DNA from: Patescibacteria group bacterium
GTDB lineage: Bacteria > Patescibacteriota > Minisyncoccia > Phycocordibacterales > Phycocordibacteraceae
Assembly (NCBI GenBank): GCA_018826905.1
Contig: JAHJYC010000004.1
Span: 1-60,673 of the forward strand
Direction of reading: 5' to 3'
Length of the DNA stretch: 60,673 bases
The first letter of the stretch is position 1, and the number at the start of each line of letters is the position of its first letter. The notes beneath the pieces are model-generated. The model was not told the DNA's origin. It worked only from the letters and a program-made list of their open reading frames with translations, and searched no databases. The position numbers and the translations under genes are program-made. Positions 9,382 through 19,517 of this stretch are shown in pieces.

Positions 9382-10413
9382 TTACCGTATGATACCACCT
9401 CCTATACAACAGTCTCCATCGTATAACACAAGCGATTGACCTTCGGTAAGAGGTTCAGTTGCTAGTTCTGTTGGCGTGAAGGTGCGGGTGTCTTGCGTAA
9501 AAGTTCCAGAGAGCACGGGTCCGTGGTATCTAAACTGTGCCTGTATTGGACCAGTAGGGACTTCTTTAAAATAGTTTACTTCGTCTAGGACAACAGCACT
9601 TGTGCTAGTTGAGCTTCTTTCGCGGCCAACTATAAGTACATTATCTTTTAGCTTCTTCTGAAGCACATACCATGGCCCAGGAGGAGCATTCTTGAGGTGG
9701 ATCCGTGAGCCAAGAGTATGAAGTAGTGTTCCTGAGTGCTGGCCAACAACAATACCCTCAGAGGTAGTAGCTATCCCCTCAGCCTCCCCAAACTGAGAGC
9801 GTAAAAAATCTTCCATGCTGATGCTGCCCAAGAAGCAGACACCTTGGCTATCCTTCTTTTGTGCGTTCGGTAACTGAAACTTGTGAGCAAGTGTACGTGT
9901 CTCTGTCTTTTTTAAGTTTCCAAGAGGAAAAAGAGTTTTTTGAAGCACTTCTCTAGGTACTGCCCAAAGAAAGTAACTCTGGTCCTTCTCTCTATCTAGT
10001 CCTCTATACAGGACTCCATCTATGGTTCTTGCGTAATGCCCTGTTGCTATGTATTCAGCCCCTTTCTCAAAAGCAAATTGTGCAAACGCTTTAAACTTAA
10101 CTTCTCTGTTGCACATTATGTCTGGGTTTGGTGTCCTCCCAGCTCCATATTCGCGCACCATGTAGTCTATAACTCCTTCCTTGTACTCAACTGCTGCATC
10201 AAAGGTTAGAAAGGGTATATGAAGTCTCGCAGCAACGCGCATAGCGTCTCTTCTGTCAGTTGCCCAGGTACATGGCATCCCTGGCGGATACCACCCTTTT
10301 ATAAAGACTCCTGTTACCTGAGCCCCTCGCTCTTTAAGCAATGCTGCAGTTACTGCAGAATCAACTCCCCCAGACAGCCCTACGAATACTTTCTTTCCCT
10401 GTACGTCTTGCAT
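9382..10413 (-). CDS. mnmA: tRNA 2-thiouridylase
   Basis: SGGVDS, TPNPDIMCNREVKF, ATGHYAR, KDQSYFL and SQGVCF motifs. Confidence 0.96.
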   Translation of the reverse strand: MQDVQGKKVFVGLSGGVDSAVTAALLKERGAQVTGVFIKGWYPPGMPCTWATDRRDAMRVAARLHIPFLTFDAAVEYKEGVIDYMVREYGAGRTPNPDIMCNREVKFKAFAQFAFEKGAEYIATGHYARTIDGVLYRGLDREKDQSYFLWAVPREVLQKTLFPLGNLKKTETRTLAHKFQLPNAQKKDSQGVCFLGSISMEDFLRSQFGEAEGIATTSEGIVVGQHSGTLLHTLGSRIHLKNAPPGPWYVLQKKLKDNVLIVGRERSSTSTSAVVLDEVNYFKEVPTGPIQAQFRYHGPVLSGTFTQDTRTFTPTELATEPLTEGQSLVLYDGDCCIGGGIIR

Positions 10414-10443
10414 TAGGGACGGTATACCACAGTTTGTCTCAAT

Positions 10444-11835
10444 TTAGGTAGGGAGATTCGAAGGCGCAGCATTAGAAGTAGACTGTATGCGCGGAAGCGA
10501 AGGTGTTGTAACAGAACTTGAAGGAATGTGGAATAACGAAGCAAGCTCCTCAATGCTCATAGTGTTCCACTTACCTGTATATGGAGGATGGAAGAATGCG
10601 CGCATACGATAGAACTCAAGAACGGTGTGCATGGCATGCGCGAGATGGTGTCCCCCAAAGTCCTCCCATGGGTAATCGTTAAAGTGCTCAGACCAACGAC
10701 TTCCTGGCTTCAGTCCGTTGTATTGCTCTGAAGTAAAAGGCTTAAACAAGTTACTCATCAGAGAACCCATGCTCTTGTGGTATGAGTCTCCTGGCGCGAG
10801 ATAGATAGCTCTAATACCAACGTCATACGCTAGTTTTCCGATGTTTCTTTCTATGGCCTTAATCTTGTCTTTCTGTCCTTCAGTTGGGTTTGGGAATCCG
10901 TTCGTTGTTTGTAGATTCCCCATTGCATCTACGTACTTGTTTTGAATAACAAGCTCTTGCCTGATACGTTCTATTTCTTCTTTTCCTTCATCTTTCCAAT
11001 CATAATTCTTGCCACTCGCATTTTTCCTGCCTTCATACTTTTCTGCTTTTGAAGCACGAACAATTAATTGAACCCATGCCTGCTCTTTCGGACCAAGGGA
11101 ACCAAGTGTTTCTAGAAGTTGCGCAAGCGGGTCAACAGTCTCTTCTGGTTTCTGCACCATATCAAGACCAAAGTCTGTGTATGTTTTTATTGGATATGCA
11201 TCAATAGTTGTCTTCAAGAACTCAAAAGCTGTCATCTTGTATGGGGCATGCGTTGGGTCAGTGAGTCTGCTGTAATCACTTGCCTCAATAACTTCAATAC
11301 CCGGATACTGTGCGTACAAAAATGTTTCAATAGGACGCCTAAATGTCTCTCTCGTCCAAATATACATATGTACCTTTCCTCCGAGAGATACCAACTCAAG
11401 TGAGTACCAGGGACGAGACCTTCCTAAAACATATCGCTTGTACCAAGTAGCTTCTCCTGATGCGAGGTGGAGGTTCGCCAGGATAGTCTCCATGGCAAGA
11501 GGAGGTTTTCTGGTATCTCTTGGGAGTTTTAGTTCCAAAAGAACGGTGTCTTGGGTTGCTATGTACTCAACTCTTCGTGCTTGTATAAAGCGGATGAGAG
11601 CAAATCTTCCGAGTAACAGTGGGATCCAAAGCGGGGAGAGGAAAAGAAGAAATTCAAAGTTAACAAGTGTTTGTTGAGGAGCTATAAGAAAGAATGCAAT
11701 AAGTTCAGCGGCGCCTGCAATAAAGAGTGCGTTTCCAGGCATTGAGAACCCACCGCCCTGGTGTGCGTTGCCTAACCACCCGTCAATTATATGAAGAAAA
11801 GGAAGCCCCCCTCCGTGACCGCCGCCAGATGACAT
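10444..11835 (-). CDS. Membrane-anchored protein homologous to the N-terminal domain of the VirD4-like ATPase at 49919-52654
   Basis: Shared blocks YSLELV, QYPGIEV...DY, PIKTYTDF, DPLAQLL and ELASLFHIP; no Walker A; start at MSSGGG, preceded by TGCTATACT. Confidence 0.7.
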   Translation of the reverse strand: MSSGGGHGGGLPFLHIIDGWLGNAHQGGGFSMPGNALFIAGAAELIAFFLIAPQQTLVNFEFLLFLSPLWIPLLLGRFALIRFIQARRVEYIATQDTVLLELKLPRDTRKPPLAMETILANLHLASGEATWYKRYVLGRSRPWYSLELVSLGGKVHMYIWTRETFRRPIETFLYAQYPGIEVIEASDYSRLTDPTHAPYKMTAFEFLKTTIDAYPIKTYTDFGLDMVQKPEETVDPLAQLLETLGSLGPKEQAWVQLIVRASKAEKYEGRKNASGKNYDWKDEGKEEIERIRQELVIQNKYVDAMGNLQTTNGFPNPTEGQKDKIKAIERNIGKLAYDVGIRAIYLAPGDSYHKSMGSLMSNLFKPFTSEQYNGLKPGSRWSEHFNDYPWEDFGGHHLAHAMHTVLEFYRMRAFFHPPYTGKWNTMSIEELASLFHIPSSSVTTPSLPRIQSTSNAAPSNLPT

Positions 11836-11855
11836 ACGTGAAGTATAGCAACAAA

Positions 11856-11890
11856 ACATAAACGCCCCGCGTGCTGCGGGGCGTTTATGT
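11856..11890. terminator. Intrinsic terminator hairpin
   Basis: Perfect 15-bp inverted repeat ACATAAACGCCCCGC/GCGGGGCGTTTATGT with a 5-nt loop. Confidence 0.75.
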
Positions 11891-11902
11891 GTGTATCTTT
11901 GC

Positions 11903-12976
11903 TTACGCAATTGTATACGTACCGTCCTTTTGTCTCTTGAAGTAGCGTGTGTCGCCTAAGTTAACGAGGATGGTGTTATCTTTAACGTATCTAACCTTCT
12001 TTACCTCAGCAATAATCTCATCTCGTCCAAGAGGTTTCTTTGTCAGTACGTTACGGATTACATCTCTAACGACTCCCGGCTTGTATCCCCACTCAGCAAG
12101 CGCATACAGTCCTCGTCCTACGAGTACGAAGCGTGAATCTTTAATAAGTTCATTGTGCGTAGTAGCAACGTGTGCTTTCTTTGAGAAAACTTCAACAATA
12201 GACTTAGCAACATCAGCAAAGTGCATAGGTTCACCCTTTTGCTTGATAACTAGGTACGCGTAATCACGGATTCCCTTTGTTCGTATAGCAGGAGCGTGTG
12301 AACGTCCCCATTCTGAAAGAGGATTCTTGGAGATAGTCTTTGAAATAGTTAGCCATCGCTTTAGTACTTCTTCGTCTCTATATGCTGAGTTCACTTCCTT
12401 AAGTTCCTCCAAAAACTTGTTTATGATCTCACCTTCTGAAAGTACCTCTGCATCATCCAAGCCTTCGTATAGCTTTGAAAGTGCTGTGTGCACTGCGTCA
12501 GCTGTCTTATGATCTACGTGCCAACGAGCGTAGAAGTCATCGGTCTCTCGCTCACGGAAGAATGAACTTCCAACGACAAGAAGGAAACGAAAACGATTCT
12601 TTGCCTTTTCATCTCCACCAAGTCCTGCAAGGAGAACATCTTCAGGAACAATACCTCCAAGAGATTGGATGTATTCAGAAAGTTCTGAAAAAGCATCCTG
12701 GGAATCCTTAAAGCCCTTACTGTTTCGTATGGCCTCAATCCCGGCTGCTTCAATCTGACGGACACGCTCACGAGTAATACTCCAGCGCTCGCCAATCGCT
12801 TCAAGAGTGTCTCTTCGGCTTGCTGTGCCGAGTCCGAAGCGGAATATAAGCACCTCACGCGCTCGCTCAGGAACTTCTGCAAGAAGCTTCTTAACGAGTG
12901 CTGTAGTATCAAAAGAAACCTTTGATGAAGATGATTTCTTCGCTGCTTTTGGGGTCTTTGCTGCTGATTTCGCCAT
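11903..12976 (-). CDS. Sigma70 region-4 HTH protein with C-terminal winged-helix (RNAP-delta/HARE-HTH-like) domains
   Basis: RFGLG...TLEAIGERWSITRERVRQIE; C-terminal TTHNELIKDSRFVLVGRGLYALAEWG; no sigma region 2 seen. Confidence 0.75.
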   Translation of the reverse strand: MAKSAAKTPKAAKKSSSSKVSFDTTALVKKLLAEVPERAREVLIFRFGLGTASRRDTLEAIGERWSITRERVRQIEAAGIEAIRNSKGFKDSQDAFSELSEYIQSLGGIVPEDVLLAGLGGDEKAKNRFRFLLVVGSSFFRERETDDFYARWHVDHKTADAVHTALSKLYEGLDDAEVLSEGEIINKFLEELKEVNSAYRDEEVLKRWLTISKTISKNPLSEWGRSHAPAIRTKGIRDYAYLVIKQKGEPMHFADVAKSIVEVFSKKAHVATTHNELIKDSRFVLVGRGLYALAEWGYKPGVVRDVIRNVLTKKPLGRDEIIAEVKKVRYVKDNTILVNLGDTRYFKRQKDGTYTIA

Positions 12977-13016
12977 AAATAATGTGTTATTCTTATACCA
13001 GATTGAGCTTTTAAAG

Positions 13017-15401
13017 TCAATTTTTATTGATAACAAAGTTCAAAATACGGCCTGGAACATAGATTTTACGAATCACTTGCTCTTCATGAAGTAGTGTGGC
13101 GAGACTTGGAATTGTCTCAGCTCCCTTTTCTACCACATCCTGCGTGGCGTCAACTGGCACAGTGATTTCCCCTCTCTTTTTCCCATTTACTTGGACAATA
13201 ATAGTCATTTCTGTTTCCTCTACCCCGTCAGGATAATGAGGGAACGATTCCAGGTGGATACTGCTTGTGCCTCCCACTGTCTTCCATAGGTGTTCTGCAA
13301 GGTGTGGAGCGAATGGGGCAAGAAATAGAAGCAAATCTTTATAAGCGGCCTTTGAGAGCTTTTCATACCCATCCATATCACGCACAAGAACCATGAGGGA
13401 TGAGATTGCTGTGTTGAATTTAAAGCGTTCAGTATCTGTAGCTACTTTTGTAGATGCTTGAGAAAGACTTTTCCTTAATGCAGCATCGGGCTCTTCGTCT
13501 ACGAGTCTTCCAGAAAGCCACACAATTCTGTCCAAGAAACGACGCATAGAAACGACACCGTCAAGACTCCAAGGATAATTACCTGGTTCGTTATAGGGAC
13601 CAATGAACGCAAGATACATACGTACTGCATCTGCGCCAAACTTTTGGACAAACTCATCTGGATTAACTACGTTTCCTTTTGACTTTGACATCTTTTGTCC
13701 GTCAGGACCCATGATGAGTCCCCTGTTCATTCGTTCGTTAAATGGTTCAGGTGTTGGAACGAGTGCTAAGTCGTACAAAGCCTTATGGAAGAAACGTGCA
13801 TACAGCAGATGCATAGTTGTGTGCTCGCTACCTCCAGAGTATCTATCAACTGGGAGCCATTTCTTCATGAGTGCTTGGTCAGAAAAGTCGTGCACGTCTT
13901 CCGGATCAAGGTATCTTAAGAAGTACCAAGAAGAATCAACAAAGGTGTCCAAGGTATCGTACTCAGGAGTCCACCCCTCTCCAAAGAGAGTAGTAACTCT
14001 CTCCTTCAATTCTTTTGAGGTTGCTAAAGGAGATTTCCCAGAGAGTGTAAAGTCCACGTCCTCTGGAAGAAGCCATGGCAAGTGTTCACTCGGAACTATA
14101 TGTGGAGTGCCTTCAGGGTCATACACGACCGGAATAGGACAACCCCAATAGCGCTGACGAGAAACAAGCCAGTCACGGATACGATAGTTTGTAGTAAGTT
14201 CGCCCTCTACAAACTTAACAATTGCTTCTTTGGCCTCTTCGCTAGACATTCCAGAAAACTCTCCAGAATCTTGAAGCACTCCTGAACCGGTATAAGGAAC
14301 GGGAGCTTCCGTTACTAGTACTTGCTTCACTGGAAGTGAGAACTTCTGTGCAAATACATAGTCACGCTCGTCATGAGCAGGCACCGCCATAACTGCTCCA
14401 GTTCCATAGCTTGCAAGAACATAATCTGCAATAAATACGGGAATCAATTCTTTTGTTGCAGGATTAATAACGTCAATGCCTTCAAGAAGTACTCCCGTCT
14501 TCTCCTTGTTTTCAAGTCGCTCTCGCTCTGTCTTCTTCTTAACTTGTGAGACATAGTTCTCAATATCTTCTTTGTTTTTTGTGCGCGAAAGAAGTTCGCC
14601 TACCAATGGATGCTCAGGAGCAAGAACTACATACGTTGAGCCAAATAGGGTGTCAGGACGTGTGGTAAATACTGAAATCGCTACTTCGGTATCCTTAACC
14701 GGGAAAGAAAGCTTTGCCCCCTTTGACTCTCCTATCCATGCGCGTTGAGCGTCTTTAATTTCCTCTTTCCAAGGTAATGCATCAAGATCCTCCAGAAGTC
14801 TCTTTGCATATTTTGTTATAGTAAAGAACCACTGTGTAAGAGTTTTCTCTTCAACTTCAGTACCACAGCGCTCGCATTTTCCGTCAGTCACTTGCTCGTT
14901 CGCTAGAACTGTCTGGTCTTTTGGACACCACTTAACTGCAGCATTTCTTCTCTCTGCAAGTCCGTGTTCGTATAGCTTTGAAAAGAGCCACTGAGTCCAG
15001 CGGTAATATTCTGGATCTGAAGAGACCACTTCCTTAGACCAGTCTACCGAAGTTCCCATGCTTTTTACTTGGGCACGCATACGATCCATGTTTGCGTACG
15101 TCCATTCTCTAGGGTTAACTCCGTGTTTTATCGCTGCGTTTTCAGCAGGAAGTCCGAAGGAATCAAATCCCATAGGAAACAGAACATTCTTCCCTTGCAT
15201 GCGTTTAAATCGCGCAAAGATATCTGTTAGCGCAAATGCATACCAGTGTCCTATGTGTAAATCTCCGGAAGGATACGGAAATTCAAAAAGCAGATAATAG
15301 GGATCTTTCTTAGTTTCAGACAGATCAGTGGTGTATATACCACTTTCTTCCCAATACTTTTGAGTCTCCTTTTCTATCTTCTGATGGTCAAACTTCTCCA
15401 T
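13017..15401 (-). CDS. leuS: Leucine--tRNA ligase
   Basis: FPYPSGDLHIGH, FTTRPDT, SRQRYWGCPIP and KMSKS motifs. Confidence 0.98.
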   Translation of the reverse strand: MEKFDHQKIEKETQKYWEESGIYTTDLSETKKDPYYLLFEFPYPSGDLHIGHWYAFALTDIFARFKRMQGKNVLFPMGFDSFGLPAENAAIKHGVNPREWTYANMDRMRAQVKSMGTSVDWSKEVVSSDPEYYRWTQWLFSKLYEHGLAERRNAAVKWCPKDQTVLANEQVTDGKCERCGTEVEEKTLTQWFFTITKYAKRLLEDLDALPWKEEIKDAQRAWIGESKGAKLSFPVKDTEVAISVFTTRPDTLFGSTYVVLAPEHPLVGELLSRTKNKEDIENYVSQVKKKTERERLENKEKTGVLLEGIDVINPATKELIPVFIADYVLASYGTGAVMAVPAHDERDYVFAQKFSLPVKQVLVTEAPVPYTGSGVLQDSGEFSGMSSEEAKEAIVKFVEGELTTNYRIRDWLVSRQRYWGCPIPVVYDPEGTPHIVPSEHLPWLLPEDVDFTLSGKSPLATSKELKERVTTLFGEGWTPEYDTLDTFVDSSWYFLRYLDPEDVHDFSDQALMKKWLPVDRYSGGSEHTTMHLLYARFFHKALYDLALVPTPEPFNERMNRGLIMGPDGQKMSKSKGNVVNPDEFVQKFGADAVRMYLAFIGPYNEPGNYPWSLDGVVSMRRFLDRIVWLSGRLVDEEPDAALRKSLSQASTKVATDTERFKFNTAISSLMVLVRDMDGYEKLSKAAYKDLLLFLAPFAPHLAEHLWKTVGGTSSIHLESFPHYPDGVEETEMTIIVQVNGKKRGEITVPVDATQDVVEKGAETIPSLATLLHEEQVIRKIYVPGRILNFVINKN

Positions 15402-15404
15402 ACA

Positions 15405-16349
15405 CTAACGAACTTTTAAATCAAAAGGAGGGTATTTATCTGGATCTATCGTGCGCGCAAAACATACTTCACCTATTCCGTGCGTCCAGTTCTCGTCAAT
15501 GCCCCCGTACACGCTGTCCCGTGTTGGGTATGCTCCTGTCCCCTTAGTGTCTTGAGTCTCTCTGTTGAAAGTTGCGCAGAGCGTGAATGAGAGATCGCTA
15601 GTCTGCTCATATGCGTATTCTCCACCTGACTGAGGGTCAACAGGAACGGAGAATCCCGATAGTGGATCATTCAACTGCTGTAGAGAGTTTGGAAGCTCTT
15701 CCTTCTGCTGGTAGTACGTAGTTATTTGGTACTGAATAGTCTGAAGATCAGATACCTTTTGCTGGTCATAGCGCATCATACGAGCATCTTGAGGAGTGCC
15801 GATGATGAAGAAGCCTGCAAAGACTGCTGCAAAGGTAAGAACAGCCACTGCAATACCCACAAGGTGAGCCTTCTTTATCTCCTTAAGCCAGTACCCCTTA
15901 AAATCAGCTATGAAGTGCAGGAAGATTCCTCCTGCGACAAGAAGAACAATTGCTACTTTTAGTGCAAAGCGGATAGAAATCTCTCCTCCAAGGAAAGTTG
16001 TTAGCAACGTAATGAGATCTATAAGAATCGTTACTGTTGCTATAAAAATAGTGAGCACCAGCGCCCAGCGACGTACCCAGATATTTGCCTTCCCAGGTTC
16101 CTTGGCGATGCTTCCTCTTATAAGACGGAACAGGATAAGAGTCGTAGGGACAAGAACAATAACCGCAGCCATTGCAGCACGAACTGATCCGCCGTACGGA
16201 TCTCCATAGTATGCAAGCGGATCGGGGAACGCTCGGTTTACGTACTCAAATAGAAGCGTGATAAAAGAAATAACACTTCCGTACAATGCAATTACTGCAC
16301 CAGCCCAAAGAAAGAAATCGCGAGGAGAAGTTTTTGAGGGTGTTTCCAT
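15405..16349 (-). CDS. Multi-pass membrane protein (DUF5671-like) with a pilin-like C-terminal domain
   Basis: About five hydrophobic helices, then DQQKVSDLQTIQYQITTYY...DPQSG...YAYE...FTLCATF. Confidence 0.6.
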   Translation of the reverse strand: METPSKTSPRDFFLWAGAVIALYGSVISFITLLFEYVNRAFPDPLAYYGDPYGGSVRAAMAAVIVLVPTTLILFRLIRGSIAKEPGKANIWVRRWALVLTIFIATVTILIDLITLLTTFLGGEISIRFALKVAIVLLVAGGIFLHFIADFKGYWLKEIKKAHLVGIAVAVLTFAAVFAGFFIIGTPQDARMMRYDQQKVSDLQTIQYQITTYYQQKEELPNSLQQLNDPLSGFSVPVDPQSGGEYAYEQTSDLSFTLCATFNRETQDTKGTGAYPTRDSVYGGIDENWTHGIGEVCFARTIDPDKYPPFDLKVR

Positions 16350-16375
16350 GGTTTGGATTATACCACTCTTTTTAA

Positions 16376-16708
16376 TTATCGTACGATAAAGGAAGTAATT
16401 TCCGATTTGCCTTCTTCAGAGATTGTATAGGTGAAGTCAGCGGTGTAGGCGTTATGCCCGTCTTCGTACTCAACCACTCCAGTACCGCCAGAGGTTTCAA
16501 TCTTTGTTACAAAAAATGTTCCTCCTACTTGTTCCTTTGTTGGAGATAGTTCAGATATAGAAGTCTTTACATACGACTCAATATCCATATAGCGCTCTGT
16601 AACGACAGGAGCAGTGTCTTTGATCTCCTCTTCTTTTGGAGAGTACGTAAAGACAAAAACAGCAATTAATAGAAGTGCTATTCCAAGAAGAATACTAGTT
16701 GTTTTCAT
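16376..16708 (-). CDS. Small exported or membrane-anchored hypothetical protein
   Basis: N-terminal hydrophobic anchor; VEYEDGH motif. Confidence 0.6.
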   Translation of the reverse strand: MKTTSILLGIALLLIAVFVFTYSPKEEEIKDTAPVVTERYMDIESYVKTSISELSPTKEQVGGTFFVTKIETSGGTGVVEYEDGHNAYTADFTYTISEEGKSEITSFIVR

Positions 16709-16710
16709 AA

Positions 16711-17808
16711 TTAACTGTGTAAGAAGACCATCACGTCTCCATCCTTAACAATATATGTTTTTCCTTCAGTACGAACATCCCCTTTGTCTCGCGCAGACGA
16801 CCAGGAACCATTCTTTAGAAGTGTATCCCAGCCAATAACTTCTGCACGAATAAATTTGTCTTTAAAATCATTGTGGATTACTGCCCCGGCCTCTGGTGCT
16901 GTTGCCCCGAGGGTTACCGTCCACGCCCTACTCTCTTTAGGTCCTGTGGTAAAAAAGGTAATGAGTCCAAGTGTCTCATACGCACCACGAATGAGCGCAT
17001 CAAGACCATCAACCTGAACACCGAGCTCTGAACGAAACATTTCTTTGTCTTCAGATGCTACGTCATTCAACTCATGCTCTGTACGTGCATCTACTTCCAC
17101 ATACGGGCTTCCAAGTGCGCGCACGGCTGCATATGCAGCTTCAGCGCGTCCGTCGTTCATCTCAGATAGGTTGTGTCCTCCTGCCTTTCCGTTAAAGGAG
17201 AAAAGCATTGGCTTTAGCGTAAGCAGATTTAAAGACTTAATTCTTTTATATTCTTCAGGGGTGAGAGAGACAGAGCGCGCAAGAGCACCACGTACAAGCG
17301 CCTGCTCAATCTTTGCCAGGACCGCCTCTTCAGCAAGAGCGTCTTTGTTTCCTGACTTAACATCTCGCACGAGTCGCTCACGACGACTAGATACAGATTG
17401 TTGATCAGCAAGAATAAGTTCCAAATTTATAACTTCAATATCACGAACCGGATCCACCTCCCCATGTACGTGTATAACGTCTGAATCTTCAAAGAAGCGG
17501 ACCATATGAAGAATGGCGTCCACTTCACGAATATGAGAAAGGAACTGGTTTCCAAGACCTTCTCCTTCAGAAGCGCCCTTAACAAGTCCCGCAATATCAA
17601 CAAACTCAATAGCTGCAGGAATGGTCTTCTCAGACTTTGAAAGTCCAGCAAGCGAAGCAAGTCGCTCGTCAGGTACTCCTACAACACCAACAGAGGGGTC
17701 AATAGTACAAAAAGGATAGTTCTCAGCAGGTACTGCTGCTTTGGTGAGTGCATTAAAAAGCGTGGATTTTCCCACGTTCGGCAGTCCGACAATTCCAATC
17801 TTCAACAT
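16711..17808 (-). CDS. ychF: Obg-family ATPase YchF
   Basis: [31 protein letters not shown] and C-terminal TGS domain. Confidence 0.97.
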   Translation of the reverse strand: MLKIGIVGLPNVGKSTLFNALTKAAVPAENYPFCTIDPSVGVVGVPDERLASLAGLSKSEKTIPAAIEFVDIAGLVKGASEGEGLGNQFLSHIREVDAILHMVRFFEDSDVIHVHGEVDPVRDIEVINLELILADQQSVSSRRERLVRDVKSGNKDALAEEAVLAKIEQALVRGALARSVSLTPEEYKRIKSLNLLTLKPMLFSFNGKAGGHNLSEMNDGRAEAAYAAVRALGSPYVEVDARTEHELNDVASEDKEMFRSELGVQVDGLDALIRGAYETLGLITFFTTGPKESRAWTVTLGATAPEAGAVIHNDFKDKFIRAEVIGWDTLLKNGSWSSARDKGDVRTEGKTYIVKDGDVMVFLHS

Positions 17809-17919
17809 AGGTAAACCTTACGTGCTAAATGAATAAAAAGCTAGAGGTCTATTGACTTTTATTGACTAGGCCAGCATTATGCTCCTGCGAACACTGAACA
17901 CATTTGAAAGGAGTTCACC

Positions 17920-18141
17920 ATGCTTCGCATACGGAATAAGTACCTTTTAATCGCGCTGGCCCTTGTCCTTGGCTTTATCTGGACATTCACCACTTTGAGC
18001 GCTTGCTCAGACTTTAGCTGGTGGCAAAAAATTGTCTTTTGGTTTATCCAAACTGTTCCAGCGCAATGTATCCTCCTGGGTTTACTTCTCGCCAATTTCT
18101 GGCACGAAACAAAACTAAAGGAGGTCTCTACGGAACACTAG
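17920..18141 (+). CDS. Small two-TM orphan membrane protein
   Basis: AAGGAG SD at 17908-17913, TTGACT boxes at 17852 and 17862, two hydrophobic segments. Confidence 0.55.
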   Translation: MLRIRNKYLLIALALVLGFIWTFTTLSACSDFSWWQKIVFWFIQTVPAQCILLGLLLANFWHETKLKEVSTEH

Positions 18142-18149
18142 TTGTTCCC

Positions 18150-18203
18150 GAAGCCTCGTATTACCCGACTGCCTAACACGCCCTCGTAACGATACGAGGC
18201 TTC
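18150..18203. terminator. Hairpin between convergent genes
   Basis: 12-bp inverted repeat GAAGCCTCGTAT/ATACGAGGCTTC with a long loop. Confidence 0.5.
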
Positions 18204-18208
18204 ATCAG

Positions 18209-18787
18209 TTATGCAGCACGCTTGGCAAGTGTGCGAACTTTCTTCTTCCAGATCTCCCTCCTTCTATCAGAAGATGTCTCAGATTTTCCGAAAGTAGTTA
18301 TTCTTGTCCTAATGCCCGCAAACTCCAGCAGTGACCTTTTTAAAGATGCAGTAAAGTCGCCAAAGGCAAGCCAGTCAAGAAAGGCAGGATTTCCACACAG
18401 TACAATAACGCGAGCGGTGCGCCCTTTTAGAAGACAGTGCCATCCAAGCCTGTTTCTCCACATACGAAAAGCAAAACGAGGCAAAAACATTCTGTCCCAC
18501 ATGCCCTTTAGTAGCGCAGGCATTCCTCCCCACCAGTTCGGGTGAACAATAACTATATGCTCTGCCCAAGAAATGTTCTCCTGGACGGTCTTGAGGTCTG
18601 GTTCTAATTCTTGAATGGCTTTGTATCCAAGATGCAAAACAGGGTCAAAAGAGAGATCTCCAATGTTCAGTCTGCGCACCTCATGGCCTGCCTCCCTTGC
18701 GGCATTTTCATACTCAGTTGCAAGTGCACCAGAAAGCGTATCAGCATTCGGATGTCCGAGTAGAACAAATATGCGCTTTGCCTTCAT
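18209..18787 (-). CDS. Flavodoxin-fold NAD(P)H-dependent oxidoreductase
   Basis: LLGHP, PNWWGGMPALLKGMWDR and LLKGR motifs. Confidence 0.9.
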   Translation of the reverse strand: MKAKRIFVLLGHPNADTLSGALATEYENAAREAGHEVRRLNIGDLSFDPVLHLGYKAIQELEPDLKTVQENISWAEHIVIVHPNWWGGMPALLKGMWDRMFLPRFAFRMWRNRLGWHCLLKGRTARVIVLCGNPAFLDWLAFGDFTASLKRSLLEFAGIRTRITTFGKSETSSDRRREIWKKKVRTLAKRAA

Positions 18788-18789
18788 GA

Positions 18790-19023
18790 CTACCGTTGAT
18801 TTCCCATTAAACCAGATAGTTCCTCGCGGTACTTCTTCATAACCTCCATGGTTGCCTTCATCTGATTATCTCCACCCTTTACCCTGCGATCCACTTCCTC
18901 ACCAATTTTCTTAAAAAGCTCAGGGTCCTTTTCAACAAGTGCAAGAATCTGCTCCCGTTGCGCTTCGGGCATATCCTTCATTTTCATTTTTAGCGCTTGG
19001 CGTACGAGAAATTGCTGTATCAT
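18790..19023 (-). CDS. Small helical hypothetical protein
   Basis: 77-aa ORF tightly coupled to the next gene; TGCTAAAAT upstream. Confidence 0.7.
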   Translation of the reverse strand: MIQQFLVRQALKMKMKDMPEAQREQILALVEKDPELFKKIGEEVDRRVKGGDNQMKATMEVMKKYREELSGLMGNQR

Positions 19024-19067
19024 ATAGGCGCTATTTTAGCACAGGGGCTACTCTCTGCGAACTATCA

Positions 19068-19475
19068 CTAATCTATGTGCGGCACCATAAATCCACGCAG
19101 TGTACGTGTTCCTAAATATAGAGTCCCCATGAACAGAAGCGCGAGAATGGCAACAAGACTATTTTGTGAAATCAAATCAATATTGTTGTTAATTCTAGAA
19201 AGTGCGAGTCCTCCAAACAAAAGAAGTCCAGCTACTGATATAAGAACATTGACCCAGTGTATCCATTGTTGCACCGGATTTGTTATACCTGCTGAAACAA
19301 CAAGACACAGTATAAAAAACATAACGGCTCCCGTTGAAAATGGGAGCGCTGTGCCTATAAATTGAGTGAGGAAAATTAGAATTGAGGCTGCAACAAAGAG
19401 CCCACGAACAATATCTCCGTGGTAGTGGCTAGGCGCTCTCTCATTAGCCGGGTCGTAGATTGTCTCTCCGCTCAT
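19068..19475 (-). CDS. Four-TM hypothetical membrane protein
   Basis: HYHGDIVRGLF followed by four hydrophobic helices. Confidence 0.7.
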   Translation of the reverse strand: MSGETIYDPANERAPSHYHGDIVRGLFVAASILIFLTQFIGTALPFSTGAVMFFILCLVVSAGITNPVQQWIHWVNVLISVAGLLLFGGLALSRINNNIDLISQNSLVAILALLFMGTLYLGTRTLRGFMVPHID

Positions 19476-19517
19476 AGTTCCTTAAGTATGGAATCTATAC
19501 GGGGAGTTGTAAAGAGG

